Program-made: the position numbers and the translations under genes
In this document: positions 30,292-45,059 of the stretch, in pieces
Position numbering within the stretch: position 1 is the stretch's first letter
How the letters are laid out: each line of letters opens with the position of its first letter
Source: Sphagnum compactum
Taxonomy: Eukaryota
Assembly (NCBI GenBank): GCA_965153455.1
Contig: OZ234493.1
Coordinates: forward strand, 25,472,213-25,536,212
Direction of reading: 5' to 3'
DNA: 64,000 nucleotides
Notes under the pieces: model-generated
What the model saw: only the letters and a program-made list of their open reading frames with translations
Databases searched by the model: none
What the model was told of the DNA's origin: nothing

Positions 30292-32803
30292 TGTTAGCAA
30301 TCGTCAACTTGTGAATAAGTGACCACCAATAATTGGGTGTTGTAGTTAGGAATTAACATTAGCACAAAAATACAAATGTAAATAATTTAGGTGATCATGT
30401 ACTTGCATGGGGGAGATAACAAGGGGGAGATAAGAAAAAAAAATAGGGCAAGAAAAGAGGAGGGATTAGACATGAAAAACAATAGAAAAGAAGAAAAAGC
30501 TCGCAGAGGAAAGGACCTTCTTATGCTTGTGGTTGGGCAAAAAACCATGTTGATGTAAAGTTATTTTAACAAAGGTGTAAATGCATTAGAAATGTTTTTG
30601 ATTTGGTTGCGTTTGCATCTTGTTTGAAGTAGTGAATGGAGACAACAAAGAGAGGGGAGTGTTAGGTTAATTTGTTAGAAAAAGATGCAAACAACCATTG
30701 AGGTGGATTGAAATTTATGGGGTTAACCAATCCACAAAAGTGGTTTTTTTAAGAGGACCTTTTTGGGAGCATTTTTCATGTTTGTGGCATTGGAATATTG
30801 GGGGAAACAATTGACTAAGGAAATGGTTGAGGTATGTAATATTTTGTTATCCTTACATGTCGAACCATTCTTAAGGTACTTTCAACATTCCACATCCTTG
30901 ACAATTTTTGAAATATTATTCCACTTGCTCAATGTTTGTGAGGTTTTTATTTCTTTTAGCCTCTATTAAAGTTATGATTTCATCGTAAGTTCCCTATTGG
31001 GTTGGTGAGGTTTCCAAACATGTACTTATACATTTGATTCAAAATTATGAATCATTGTTTGTTTCTTACTCTTGAGATTTTTTCTTAGTGGATCAAAGGA
31101 TTTTCACTAAGTTGTGAATGTTAAATACAAAGAAATTTAAATATGATTATTCTATTTATGTGAAAATTTGTAAAGATCAATAATTTAAATTAATGACTTT
31201 GAATGTGCAAACTTCAAAAAATGCGTGTAAAGAACTTAAAAAACCTATGTGTACTGAAATAAAACTTGTTTGTGTGACTTGCAAAGATAAATTTAGGTAT
31301 TGGTATACGTGCAAAATTTGCAAGAATCATGAACCTAAATGGATGTGAAGCTTTTACAATTTTCTAAATGATCAATGTCTTGTTCCATTTCCTTGTAGTT
31401 AGAAATGCCAAAGAAATCCATGGTGAATGTTAGCATTATGAATTTAAAGATTACATTGATCATGCATCTTGAGATGGTAGAACTCAAACAACATGGAAAT
31501 GGCAAGGCAAATAGAAATGTTGTGACTATATAATGTCACTACTAGAAATTTTATCGTTTGCAACCAATCACTATGCAATTGGTATGCAACTAATTGTCGT
31601 TTGCAATTATTTCAATTATGTTTGTAACTATAAATTTGGTATTGTATAATTTTTCGACCATACAATTGTGTGTGCAACTAACGTGTAATTAAATGTGTAC
31701 AACATGGACATGTGCCATTAAACTAATGGCTTAAACTTATACATACTTATGTATTATACTTAATATATCTACATAAGCTATGTATAATAATATTATATAC
31801 CTCTAATACTAAAGTTAACCCCATGTTAACTTAGGCTAGCCTAAACTAACCTAGGTTAAAATAACCACGCCAAAATTCAATTAGGCTAAAATAATTATGA
31901 CTAATTTAAATTTAAAAAATTAAATCAAATTAAATTACTCATGGTTAAATTAAGTTAAACTAAACTAATTATGACTAAAATAAATTAAACTAATTTAAAT
32001 TAGGCTAAACTAACCATAGTTAAACTAAGTTAAACTAAGATAATTATGGTTAAATTAAACTAATTTAAATTATGTTAAATCAACAATGGTTAAATTAAAC
32101 TAAATTAAATTATGCATAATCAACTATGGCTAAATTAAGTTAAGCCAAACTATTTATGGTTAACATAAGTTAAGCTAAAAATTTTATGGCTAAAATAAAT
32201 TAAATTGTATTATTTATGTTTAAACTATTATGTAAAATAAATATGGCTAAATTAAGTTAAACCACAATAATTATGACTAAAATAAATTAGAATATATTTA
32301 TTATGGCTAAATTAAATTAGGATAAATTAAATATGGCTAAATTAAATTAGGCCAAACATAATTCCCTTTCAAATATTTTCTTAGTTGAACTTTTGGTCAT
32401 GCATTCCCTAAGAATTGATCATACTATTTTAATGTTTTCTAATTGACCTATGACTTTTATTAATTCCCACATCCATGAACTTCATAAGCTTCATCTTGCC
32501 TCACACATGCTAGTGGCATAATGACTGGTTATAAACAACAAGATTTTTAGTAGTGATGAAATTATGAATGAATATTTTATTTATATGAGTCTACTAGTTT
32601 TGTTTTGAAACTTCAATATTAAAAAAATCCTCCTCCCCCCTTTTTAAAATATTATATTTCCATATGGTTCCCAATGATTTTTCAATGTTTACTTCAAATC
32701 TTGAAATGTGAATTTTCATGTCCATTTGATGTGTAAAACAAAAGGATCAAATATATAAGCTTCAAAAAGGTAAATTATTATAAATAAAATGCACATGTTA
32801 ATT

Positions 32804-35410
32804 CACTAGCACAAGAATAAGGTGTCATTCAATATCACTATGGGACCATAAAAGTGAAATACTACAACAGAGGTGTTATTGTATGTCAAACAATTTCAGC
32901 ATATTTTGAGTGAATTCAGTAGTCATAATGAATAATATATAATGGGGATGCAGTGGATTCACGCTATTAGGAAATGCGTCCTAGTTCACTATGGGTTTCA
33001 TTACATTTTTGAGCGAATTTGGACAATTTTACCTAGTGAAATTGTTTAACCCTCTAGTGAAAAGGGACCAGTTGCTACGGACAATGACTTGTTTCACTAG
33101 TACGTAGTGAAACAAAGTTATTCTCAAGTGAAATACAAATTTACTAAACCATTCACTTGTTAGTTAATTAACTAACCAATATAGAAATTAATTAAATTTT
33201 TATTATTTAATATATAATACTATTGATAATTTCATGATTTTTAAAGCCTATTATTTATTGACACGTGTCACTACCTACCCTAGGTTACAAACCTAGCCTA
33301 GGTAGGTAGGTAGGCCACGTAATCAACCTAGGCACCTAACCTAAGAATTTGATAGGAGAATATTCGGTCAACATACCATTGTTGACCACACACAACACCA
33401 CCCATGAGGTTTGATCCCTTGACCTTTGGAATGGGGCAAACACCTTTACCATCAAACCACCCCACTTGTTGTGATAATATATTTCATTACATTCTATTTA
33501 TCAAATACTTCATTTTAAACATTACAAAAACATAAACCTGGAAAACTCATATCTTATTGAGATTTTGTTCAAATGAAATGATTTGAGTTTACTTTTTAAA
33601 AATATTCAATAATGTACATAATTACATTTATTTCTTTTTGAAAGTTTAAAATCATTTCAATATGTTGAATATCATTATTCAATAACATTTCAATGACCAT
33701 TCTTTTGAAAAAAAAATTAATAAATGAATTCTTTTTGTTAATATAATAATACTACCTATGTTAAACTACTTTCAATTAATATATGACTATTTTTGATTAA
33801 TTTAAATTATTTCACCTTACATTATTTACGACTATTTATGGCTATTCTAAATTCTTTTTTTGTTATTTTTGGTTATTTCACCCTAGGCTATTTTTGGTTA
33901 TTTTAACTTATTTCACCTTAGGCTATTTTCAGCTATTGTAATTTTTTTTGCTATTCTGTGTTATTTTTGGCTATTGTAGATTATTTCAATTTAAACTACT
34001 TGTAGTTATTATAAATTACTTTTGGTTATTATAACTTATTTCACCTTAGGTTATTTTCAGCTATTGTAAGTTTTTTAATCTATTCTATGTTATTTTTGGC
34101 TATTGTAAATTATTTCAATTTAGACTACTTGTAAATATTATAAGTTACTTTTGACTATTGAAAATTATTTCATTTAAAATTTTTTTTTATTATAAATTAT
34201 TTCACCTTAGATTATTTTTGGCAATCCTAAGCAATTATAATATATGGTTATTGGTTGTTCTTTCATTAGTGCTATTGGTAGTTATTAATGGCTATTGGTA
34301 CTTATTCTATTTGTGGCTATTATTGTTTTTTAGTGGTTATTCTATTAATGGCCATTAGTAGTTATTTTATTGGTGGTTATTCGTGGTTATTTTATTGGTG
34401 GCTATTGGTGGATATTGGTGGCTATTATATGAATGGTTATTGGTGGCTATTTTATTAATGGCTATTCGTGATTAATGTATTAATAGCTATTTGTGGTTAT
34501 TCTACTAATAGCTATTCGTGATTAATGTATTAATGGCTATTGTGGTTATTTTATTAATGGCTGTTGGTGGCTATTCTATTAATGGCTATTAGTGATTATT
34601 CCGTTGTAAGCCATTGGTGGTTATTTTATTGGTGGTTATTGATGGTTATTTTGTTAATGGTTATTGTATTATAAGTTATTGTTGGTTATTATGTTATATT
34701 ACAACTATTGCTGATTATTGTATTATAAATTATTTTTTGATATTCTATGTTATAATATCATATGTTATTGGTAGTTATTATATTGTAGGGTATTTAAAAT
34801 TATTTTTCATAGATTATTATTTTTTATTTTAAGTTATTTTTACCTTAGGTCATTATATTTTGTTTTAGATTATTTTTAAATTATTATGCTTAGGATAAAA
34901 TAATTTATAATAACATTAAGTAGAATGACATTGAATAATTTAAAATATAACTTGAAATAACATATATTAATTTTAAATAAAATAACCTAAGGTATAGTCT
35001 TAAATTAGTTGAATAATTTAATTTTTAAATAATTTAAAAGCTTGTAATAAACTAGTTAAGATACTTTAAGGTAAAATAACATATAATAATTTAGGGTACA
35101 ATAATTTATAATAGCCTATAATATCATAAAATATAAGTTAGAATAACTAAAGTAGCTTAAAATAATATAAGATATATCATAAAGTAACATAGATAGAATA
35201 TTTTTAAAAGCATAGAAATAAACCTATTGACTATAGTAAATTGTAATAGTGAATTATGTTCACTATAAATGAAACATGATGTCTACATAGTGATATTATA
35301 ATGAAATAACTTTCATTAGGTGAAATCAGTAAAATGCAATGAAGTTATTTCACTTTTAAGGTCTCATAGTGATTTAAGCTAGTAAATTACACCCCACTTT
35401 GGTAGTAGTG
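32804..35410. mobile_element. Non-autonomous CACTA element
   Basis: Left CACTAgcacaagaataaggtgtcatt versus right aattacaccccactttggtagTAGTG. Inner inverted pair cactatgggacc / ggtctcatagtg. Interior made of ggctatt/ggttatt low-complexity repeats. 3-bp TSD not matched. Confidence 0.6.
33870..34700. repeat. ~130-bp tandem duplication followed by a ggctatt/ggttatt low-complexity array
   Basis: ttatttcaccttagg..ttttcagctattgtaa..ttatttcaattta block is repeated, followed by degenerate GGYTATT units. Confidence 0.75.
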
Positions 35411-36840
35411 TCATTAGTTTAATGAACAAGGACTAATGAATTACATTCACATTTTGTAATAACAAATAGGTTCACCTCACTTTAATCATTTCACTTTGAT
35501 TAAAATTATGTCACTATTAAATCATTATGTAATCATCATGTTTTATTACTAATTAACATAATTCATTACAATAAATAACTATATTTTGATCATGTTTTTT
35601 TAAATACTTTAAACTATACCACCCCATGTTATTGTACCCTAGCTGGTTATGTACTTTAAGTTAACTTAAATTATATATTAAAATTTTAGACTATTTAAAC
35701 TTAAGTTATACCTTAGGATATTATAAATATTTAAACTTTGGCCACACTAAATTATTGAACCCTAGGTTAAACTACCATAACTTATTTTAAATTACATGTA
35801 CCTTAGATGATATACCCAAGGATATTCTAAGTTATTATACCTTGATCTATTATAATTTACATTATTAATGTTGTTAGTTTACCTTCGGTTATTATAAAGT
35901 ATAACATGATATACTAAAATATACCCTAAAATATTATAAATCATAATAAATTATGCCTTAGGTTAAAAGAAGCTACCTTAAGTTATTATATGTTTAGATG
36001 TCAAGTTCAACTAGTTACATTATAAGAAAAGGTGATTTGCAATTAACTTTGCAACCAAGTTTTTGAATTACAATGACCACTTGCAACTTCATTGCAACTT
36101 AAATTATTTCTACAACATGAGTGTTATTGAATGAGTTGCATGAATTACAATGGATGTAACTCACCATACGTGGGATTGTATATGCATGAAACTCGTGCAA
36201 CTCAATTGCAAATATGCAATAACAAATATTATAAAATTCCAATGCAACTAGTTTGCAACTATTATTGTAATGTCATGTTGACATTTTCATCCATCCATCC
36301 ATCCATGATGAACTTTGTTGATTTCTGTTGTAATTCCTTTACAATTGCAAGTGCAATGGAAACACATTAGTGGTTCAACTAATTGGCAGTTATGTGACAA
36401 TTTACATCAACACAAGGTAGTATTTGTGTGTAATTGTAATATACCCAATTTGCAATTGGCAACTAAGTGATTATTATGGAATAATTATTATGTAAGTTCA
36501 TCCATTGACGAACCTAATGATTTTTAAAAAAATTCATCGAAATAATGTTTTTTATTGAAATACAATTTGATTATAAATGTAAATATATTGCATAAACAAT
36601 TTATAATAAAAAATTTCCACTATCTAAACAAGAGGTCATCACAAATATCATGAACCACAACAATCAAATATTGTCATCAAAACACTATTTTCATATATTA
36701 TATTATATTATATTCTTGTTGAAATGGAACTTGAGCCATAATTTCTTCATTCCACCTTATTTATTTGAAATATGTCATATGATGATATTCAATGTCACAT
36801 GTGAAATGAGATCAATAATATATAAAAACATTATAATGCA

Positions 36841-37059
36841 AAAGATATCTAGATGTCCATCCTTTCAACTTAAATAAAATTAGTTTAAAATTACAATGCC
36901 ACTAATAAAACTTATTCATCACTAAAATGTAACATATATAACATTGTAGTGTAAAAGATATATAGATGTCCATCCTTTCAATTTAAATACAATTAATTTA
37001 TAACTACAATGCCATTGATAAAACTTATTTATCACTAAAATGTAACATACATAACATTG
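36841..37059. repeat. 113-bp tandem duplication
   Basis: aaagatat.tagatgtccatcctttcaa...cactaaaatgtaacata.ataacattg at 36841 and 36954. Confidence 0.9.
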
Positions 37060-38332
37060 ATACAAATTAAATTGCAATCACTTACACTTGCATATAATGG
37101 TAGTTTTCAAAATAAAATTCACGATACCTTTGTTGTTTGGGAATTTGTCTTATTGCACATATTAGTTTGGATTACTACACAACGAACAACAACACATTCC
37201 ATGACATAGTTACTAGCAATTTAACCAAATCATACAACATCACATGTGCATTATCTTCTAATCGATACTGTATTTTTCAACACAAGACTACCATTTTATT
37301 TTTGAAAAAATCTTCAACCTCTAAGAACAAAAATAAAATCTTTCAACCTTCAAGTTTTATGAATAAACAAACAAACTTATGACAACCTTTCAACTCTACC
37401 TCTAAATTGGAAAAAAGATCTTATTTCTCTAACACATGATATGGTAATTGCATCACCAAAAAACTAAAAAATGCATAAAATATTTAAAGAAAAAGACCTT
37501 CCTTTTAGTTTATTTAAGTTTTTGATAAGAAACTTAGGGGCATGAAGGTCATTGATGCAATGGGGGAGATATACCATTTGTCACTCAAAGGTTTCCTACC
37601 CAAATTTCATGTTTTCAAATTCCAAATTCCAAGTTGAAATCTAGTTGTTTACTAATTGTCCACATGTTGGTTTAGTTGAATTAGTTACTTTGGTTTACAT
37701 GTTTACTAAATGTTAATTATTAGAAAGAAAAAAATTATCCTTTGTAATTCAACTTGAATTTTTTTATAATAGGCATAAACCCATGATTGGCTTGAAAGAA
37801 TTAGCCTTTGTCAATGAAACAATTAAATGTTTAAGGTATAACATAATGAAGTATATAAAACAAATCCATATGTACACCACAATTGAATTTCTAATACAAT
37901 ATACACACTATTTGAAAAACTTGGACTTGAAACTTCATTGCAAATTTTGTTACAATTAGAAACTTTAGTTTAAAATTATTTACATTTATACGGTTTATTC
38001 CATATCTTTTATCATTATATAATTCAATAGAGAAGTGATTCCTACCTAATTAACTAATAAATAACTAGTCATTCAATAGTTAATTAATTAATTAACTACC
38101 CAATTAAATAAACAAAAAAATTAATTAATTACATATAATAATAATTCATCAAAAAAATAGTTACATAATTATATAATTACAAAAGATTGGATAAATAAAT
38201 ATGACTATTCAATTTATTAAAATTATTAATTGTAAAAAATAAATAAAATTATCTTAAAATTTTTTATTTATTATAATATCAATAAATAAAATAAAATTTA
38301 AACTAGTGATATATGTGGTGAGTAACATATAT

Positions 38333-38615
38333 TAGTGTTTTTTTTGGGGTGAATTTTTGCAACTTGGCCACACAAAAAAAGGGCTAAAAAATCCAACATA
38401 GGGATTTTTTATATTTAAAAACAAAATTCACCACATCTTGACCAAAAGAACTTAAAAGTCACCAAATTTGAACAATGTGTTCCTATAGGTTGTTGGAACA
38501 AGATAGGATTCCAGAAAAGATCTATTAGTCCACTAGGATAGTTGTCTTTTCTTACTAATTAATGTCGATGGTTTGAGTTAGTGCACCTAATTGATGAATT
38601 TGAAAAAAAACATTG
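38333..38615. mobile_element. Probable hAT-type MITE
   Basis: Termini tagtgttttttt / aaaaaaaacattg around a less AT-rich core in very AT-rich surroundings. TSD unclear. Confidence 0.45.
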
Positions 38616-40931
38616 GCCTATACTAGCTATTATATTTGTATTCACATTATTATTTTGCTTGACATAACTACATTTCAACTATTAAAATAAATATTATTAC
38701 TACTAAAATTTAAATCATATATGTATTTAATAATTAATATTAAACTATGAAATTACATATCATAATGAATTAATGTACTTAATAACACAATGAACTTTAG
38801 TCTCCAATTCTATTTTAGGATTAAAATTCTATACTTTCAAAAATATCAACATTCAATATATAATTTAGGTTACAAATAATTAATTATAAATACACAAACA
38901 AAATAATTGCCTAAAAATTACAAAAATTGTTCATGGTGTCCTAAAAATTATTTATAGGATATAAATAGTTATAAGAAATGAAATTTAATGTAATGTAATA
39001 TAATCCTTGTTAATTATTCTGATTATTGTAAAATTGATGTAAAATTAAAAATTCTAAATTCTAAATCATGATTAATTAAGTTCGATTATAAACTATGAAA
39101 CTATTATAACTGGTATATAAATACATAAATAATAGTTGTTTTACTATAATTAGACATTAATTACTAGAAGTATTTTCAAATATTATAAAATTATTAATGG
39201 TTATCCATAGAAATATATGTTATAACAATATTAAATTTTTCCAAATTGGTCATTATAAAGAATAGATAGAATAATTTATTGTACTTAAATTGTCTAATGT
39301 ACAACAATTGCATCAAAGTTTTTAATCATACTAAAATCATTATATTTTGCAATGATTTTTTAAAAAATACGTTATAAGTTATAAATCATGAATACCAATT
39401 TACATTTTAAACAATATAATCAATATGCAATGCCTATAATTAGGATATATTTTCTCTTATTATAAAAAAATTTATTACTCAAAATATTAAATGTTAGTAT
39501 GAAATTTTATGTCGAATTGTTTTTTTAAAAAATATTTTTCTACTAGTTACACATAAATCAACCTACTATAATTAAAATAAAACTATTGTGAATATTATAA
39601 TTATAATATAATTTGAAGTATAAAATACTATATATTTTATTATAACAAAATCATGGAATTATTTTAATTCAATTAAAATTACTATAAAAGTTGAAAATAA
39701 ATTTATAAGGGCAAAATAATTAGTTATAATTTTTGAATAATTTAATTTAATTATAAATTAAGGAAATTATATAATTAATGTCATAATAAATAAATCACAA
39801 TGATTTAAATGTAATAAATGTAATAAGTTAATGAATTAAATTACTATAATTATAGTCATTACATCAAATAATATAATCACAATAAAATTCCCATGAATAT
39901 CTTTAACAATAATTTAAAAAGAAATATCAGAAATTATGAAGACAAACTTTCATTATAAATTATATAGTTATTACAATGTATAACTATCATAATTTTAGCA
40001 ATTTGATTATAATTTGACATTAATTGTAAAACTTATGTTTATATTAGTTATTATAATTTTTTCTATGATTACAGAAAATAATAATAAGTTTTTTTAAAAA
40101 ATAAACATTATACATAACATGTTGTATAGACATGTACATTTGAATATTTATTTTTATATTAATGGATAAAATACACCCAATACACCATCTGAAACCCATA
40201 CACCCTAGAATACGTGGAATACACTTTGAATACACATAAGGTTACTATTCACGTGATTGCATTTGATAACATTTGCAATTAATTAGACATATATGGGTCT
40301 TCTTGGATGAAAATGATGCTAAATGTTTTCCAAATGGAATAATGAAGAAAACATTGGTCTCAAACATGACCAAATGCAAAAAAATGGTTGTATTAATAAG
40401 GAGTTGGAATCACAAATGACAAATAGTTGCAAGTAGTTGCAAGTTGATTGGTCACAAAACCACGTTTGAAAATTCAATTAGATATTAATGTTAAAACAAA
40501 TAACCAAAAATGAAAAATGTCAACAGTGCAACATTCCACATGCGTTGATGGCGTGACATTCCACCATCTATCACAACAACATTTTGGGTTTTGTGACTGA
40601 TTACATATTAATCAAAAAGGACATATGCAACTAACGATTAGTGAACTGTTAAACCTATGATATTTCGCCCATTTAATTGCAAGGGACGTTCAATGGTAAA
40701 GTTTAATTGTTTAACGAATAAAATTTTAATTTTTTTTATAATAATGAAATTCCATGTCATCATTAACCTTAGTATGATATGTGCATGCCATTTCAACTTA
40801 ATCATTTTATTCAACGAAGTGTTACATAGGATGCCTTGATGGATGGATGACATGTGCTAAGAATCTACAAACACATTGTGAGTGATTGCATTTGGACAAA
40901 AGTCACCTAGTCCAAACTAATTAGGCTAACC

Positions 40932-41108
40932 AACCTAGCCTAACTTGCTTAACCAAAAGTCAACCTAGCTAAGCTAGCTAACCTAGTCTAACTTGCCTAA
41001 CCAAAAGTCAACCTAGCTAAGCTAGCTAACCTAGTCTAACTTGCCTAACCAAAAGTCAACCTAGCTAAGCTAGCTAACCTAGTCTAACTTGCCTAACCAA
41101 AAGTCAAC
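40932..41108. repeat. 48-bp tandem repeat (~3.7 copies)
   Basis: aacctagtctaacttgcctaaccaaaagtcaacctagctaagctagct repeated almost perfectly. Confidence 0.92.
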
Positions 41109-43939
41109 ATAACTTAACATAATTAGGTTAGTTACTTATGTTAAACAACCTAGCCTACCTAACCTAAGCTTATAGGTGGTGTAAATTATTAAAAAATGTT
41201 GGACTCCTAACCCAAAAAACTTAGACTAGGCTACCTAATCTAAACCAAGTGGCCTAGGTATCATAGGTTGCAAAAATGAAACTTGAACCTTTCACCTTCA
41301 CTTTGGGGTTCAAGTATTCATTCATGGCACTACCATAGTTTGTTATATTAATTATATTTGACACAAAGTTATAAAGCTCAATATTTTTAACCTTGAATTT
41401 ACCTTCGCCACCTTAAGTTGACCTAAATCAAACTATTTATAATTTACCACCCTAGCCTAAATGTAGACCTCTTTAGGTTGACTTAAAATGAACTAATTTG
41501 TTAACCTATATTAATTACTGACATAGTTTAGGTTAACATAGGCATTTTTAAGCTAAAAAATAAATTAACTTAGGATAATTATGTTGCATCTAGTCACACA
41601 AACTTGAGGTGACTAGTTACAAACTTGATAAAATATCTTGGAATGAGATTACTTAAGTTGACTTAGCAAAAAACCTAAAGCTAGGAATTTAAGCAAGGTT
41701 ACATAGGTTAACCTATTATAAATACATTTAAACATATTAGATGTAATAATTTTTTTATGTTTAGTTAAATAACTTACTAAATAACATATATTATGAAGAA
41801 AGTTTTTATTAAGTAGCCTACATATATAGGTTAACTTATAAGTATGTTAACCTATGCTAATGTGTTAACTAGTTAAAAAATTATGTGTCACCTTTTTTAG
41901 AATGACTATCAATATTGTAGTCATAATTACAAATTTACAATAGATTATTTAGTACACATACACATGCATGTGAATTCATGACTTCAAAACTTCATGATGC
42001 ACAAAAAATTATGGCATGTCATGACAAATATTGGTGCCATAAATTCAAGACTCACAAAAAATTATGGTGTCACAAAAAATCATGGATTCTCATGAAAATT
42101 TGTGACACCTTGTCGCCAAACAACATGCCATGTCATCATCACATGGAAGATTGAGCTGTTATTAATCGCAAAGGATAGCAATATTTTCGACTAGCTAATA
42201 AATGAAATTAATTCATCAAATCAATGACACGAATCATCATGTGAAGATAATGTCAAAAGTCATAAAATGTTGTGACTATTAATCAACATCATTGTTATGT
42301 GGCATGCCACAACAACATCACACGACCATAAATTGTTATTATTCACCAAAAGTTGCAAGAATCAATGGAATTTTTTTATTACTTAATTTTGGATGGTTAA
42401 AATATATTAAAAAGATAGTTTTGAAATTTTGATAGTTGATTAATAGTTAAGTATTTTATTACCATCACATTGTCAAAACATGTCTTTTATGACTAATTCT
42501 ATTTGATTATAGTCATTTTCTAATTGTTTTGAAAGTCATTTATTCCATTTTTTAATCATTTCTCCCATTGTAATCGAATAGGACAAGTCATTAAAGACAA
42601 GTTGTTGGCACGTAGATTACCACATTATCATGTTGTGAGATTAAAAATCCTTACTCTAATCGCAAAAATTAGAATATTTTAAATTAATTATTTTAAATTA
42701 ATTTAAAGCATATTATTAGTACAATTTCAAGAATAATAATATATCTATCAAAAAAAGCCCACTAGTTGTCATACTAACTATAGTCGCAAAACCATGACAT
42801 CACAATGACCTTTGCAACTACATAGTGATTTTTGTGATTAAATAGTTATAATTGTAATTGAAAAGAATAATAGTCGTTTCTTTGACTGGTCGAAAAACCT
42901 AGAATGTGTTGTTGTGTATGGGTTATGGGTATTTGTGTTTATTAACACAAGGTCGAATTTCCAAATATTTGATGAAAATTAATTCCACAAATGTACACCA
43001 CTTCCCATGCCCATAAAAACCCCCAAATTTGTTTGTCTCCAAATGAATTGAAATCTCCCACATTTTAAAGCCTCTTCTCCAAGAAATGAAGGGTATAAAA
43101 ATTACCATAACTCGACTACATACGCCTTTGGGATGAATTTCCAATGAAAATGTCAAATTGAATCCAAATGAAATTTGAAACTTATTAATCCATTATTTTT
43201 AATGTTTGATTATAAGGGTAAAAATATGTAGAATGGTTTGGTTTAAGGATCCAACTAGTGTAATGAATAGTTATAAAAGTATGGTCACCAACTAACCTAC
43301 CTACATGCCCATTAACCTAATGTTTGACTATTAGTTGGATGTAAAAAATCCTATTTATGGTTGGAAAGGCCTTTGAATGGATGAAAAAATATTTAAATGA
43401 AAATTAAAAAGAAATTCATAGAAATTAAAAAAAAAATAACATGTACCATGTGACACATAACATATATGAAAAACTTGGAAATTTTTATTTAAAAAAGATA
43501 TAAAAATAAAAACATGGTAGGTTTGGATTCAACTTAAACATGACCTTTTCCTAAACGTAAGGCTCAAATTTTTTTTTTAAAAAAAAAAATAGAAAAAGAA
43601 GGTGGAATCAAATCCCTTGGATCATTTTGTTTTATGTTTGCACTAAACTACCCAAACCTTTCATTGAGCCTAAAATTTAAAGTTTTGAGTTAAGAGGACC
43701 TTGAAATTCTTGATGATGGTGATGGGGCTCCACGTTCCATTGTCCCCTTTCTTTCTTTGATATTGCAACAATTATTAATACTAATGTTGTTTTTATGTGT
43801 GACCACAAAATAAGATGAAGAGGAGGTGGGGCCTCCTTCCCCACCTTGCTAATATTGAAATTTGGTCAACTAAATTTTAAATTTTGCTAGGGATGGCAAT
43901 GGTGACTTTTGTTGTGCCAAAGTTGTTATATATTGTCAT

Positions 43940-44540
43940 GGATGCCAACACCATGGAGTTCATTCATATGAATGTTCGTGCATGACATGTAGTGAACTTG
44001 TACCTAACTCCTAGTTTAGTTTCAATTCATTCTGAGTTTGTTATTAGTTAAATTTTAGTTCACTTATAATTCATTCTTAATTAAGTCCTAGTTCATTTCT
44101 AGTTGCTTCTCAATTTTTAATTAACCCTAAATTCACTTTTAATTAAAATTTTAATTAACTTTCAATTTACTCTTAATTGAATCTTAGTTCATTCTTACTT
44201 AAGTTTTAATTCATTCATAGTTTACACATGGGTACACATGGGCCACATGTGGGTGAACATGGGCCACATGTGAACTATATGATGCCCAACGGGTATAAAT
44301 AAATGTAAGATTCCCCATTACTTTTAGTCTGTTCAACATTAATTGTGGGTATGTTTTCTTGTCATAACCTCATTTTGTTTTTGGTTTGTTCTTATAATAA
44401 AATCATGTTGAATTTTTGTTTTGCACTTGTCATCTTTTTGTTCTTGTTTTCCTTGTTTCACGATCTATATTTGTAATTAGGCATGTCCTTGTTTTCGTTT
44501 TGGTTTAATATATCTTGTAGATTTGGTTGTTTTCATGCCC
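43940..44540 (+). repeat. Dispersed repeat homologous to ~7100-7780
   Basis: Colinear blocks ccatggagtt..ttcat.tgaatgtt, the ttaatt/agttca array, cacatggg repeats and gggtataaata..gtaaga..cattac..ttcaacat at both loci. Confidence 0.8.
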
Positions 44541-45059
44541 GTGATAGTTATTGTTGGTAAAGATAATAACCTGATGAGGTGGAGGATTTTGATCCCACCC
44601 TTGCTCCTTACATTTGTTATTATTGTTGTGAAAAATGATTTTTTGACAATTACCATGAAAGGATTTCCAAAGGTAGGTGGCAATGCTGATGGTTGTGCTA
44701 AGCATTGCTACTTTTTGGCCACATTTTCATTGATGCAACAAATAGCTAGTGAAGGAAAAAGGAAAATATAAAAAGGAGGGGGTAGGGGCCTTTTTAGATG
44801 GTAGGGCCTCTCTCTTGGGGTGTTTTTTTTCCTTTTCCAATCCCAAATTACCTTGGCCATGTTTGGGTTTAACTCCCAAAGGCGTTGAAAAACCAAACTT
44901 GATGTTGAAAGCACCAATTTCATTTGTTGAACTTCTTCAAGCTAAAAAGTGCCCTTGTTGCAATTTTATAAAACTCAACAAACAAACAAAAAACACAATA
45001 CAAATTTCACAAAATCAAAACACAACATGATATTAGCACAATTTGTGATTAAGTTCATT

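Larger units (their letters stand above)
31537..42916. mobile_element. Possible large non-autonomous CACTA derivative containing nested elements; right end tentative
   Basis: Starts CACTACTAGAAA. tgcaact/agttgca subterminal-type motifs recur at ~31550-31700, 36030-36470, 40410-40450 and 42780-42830. Degenerate end ttgttgtg with flanks tgt/tat. Confidence 0.4.

Noticed and set aside
34158..34832. Hydrophobic membrane-protein-like ORFs
   Set aside because: Artefacts of GGYTATT low-complexity repeats.
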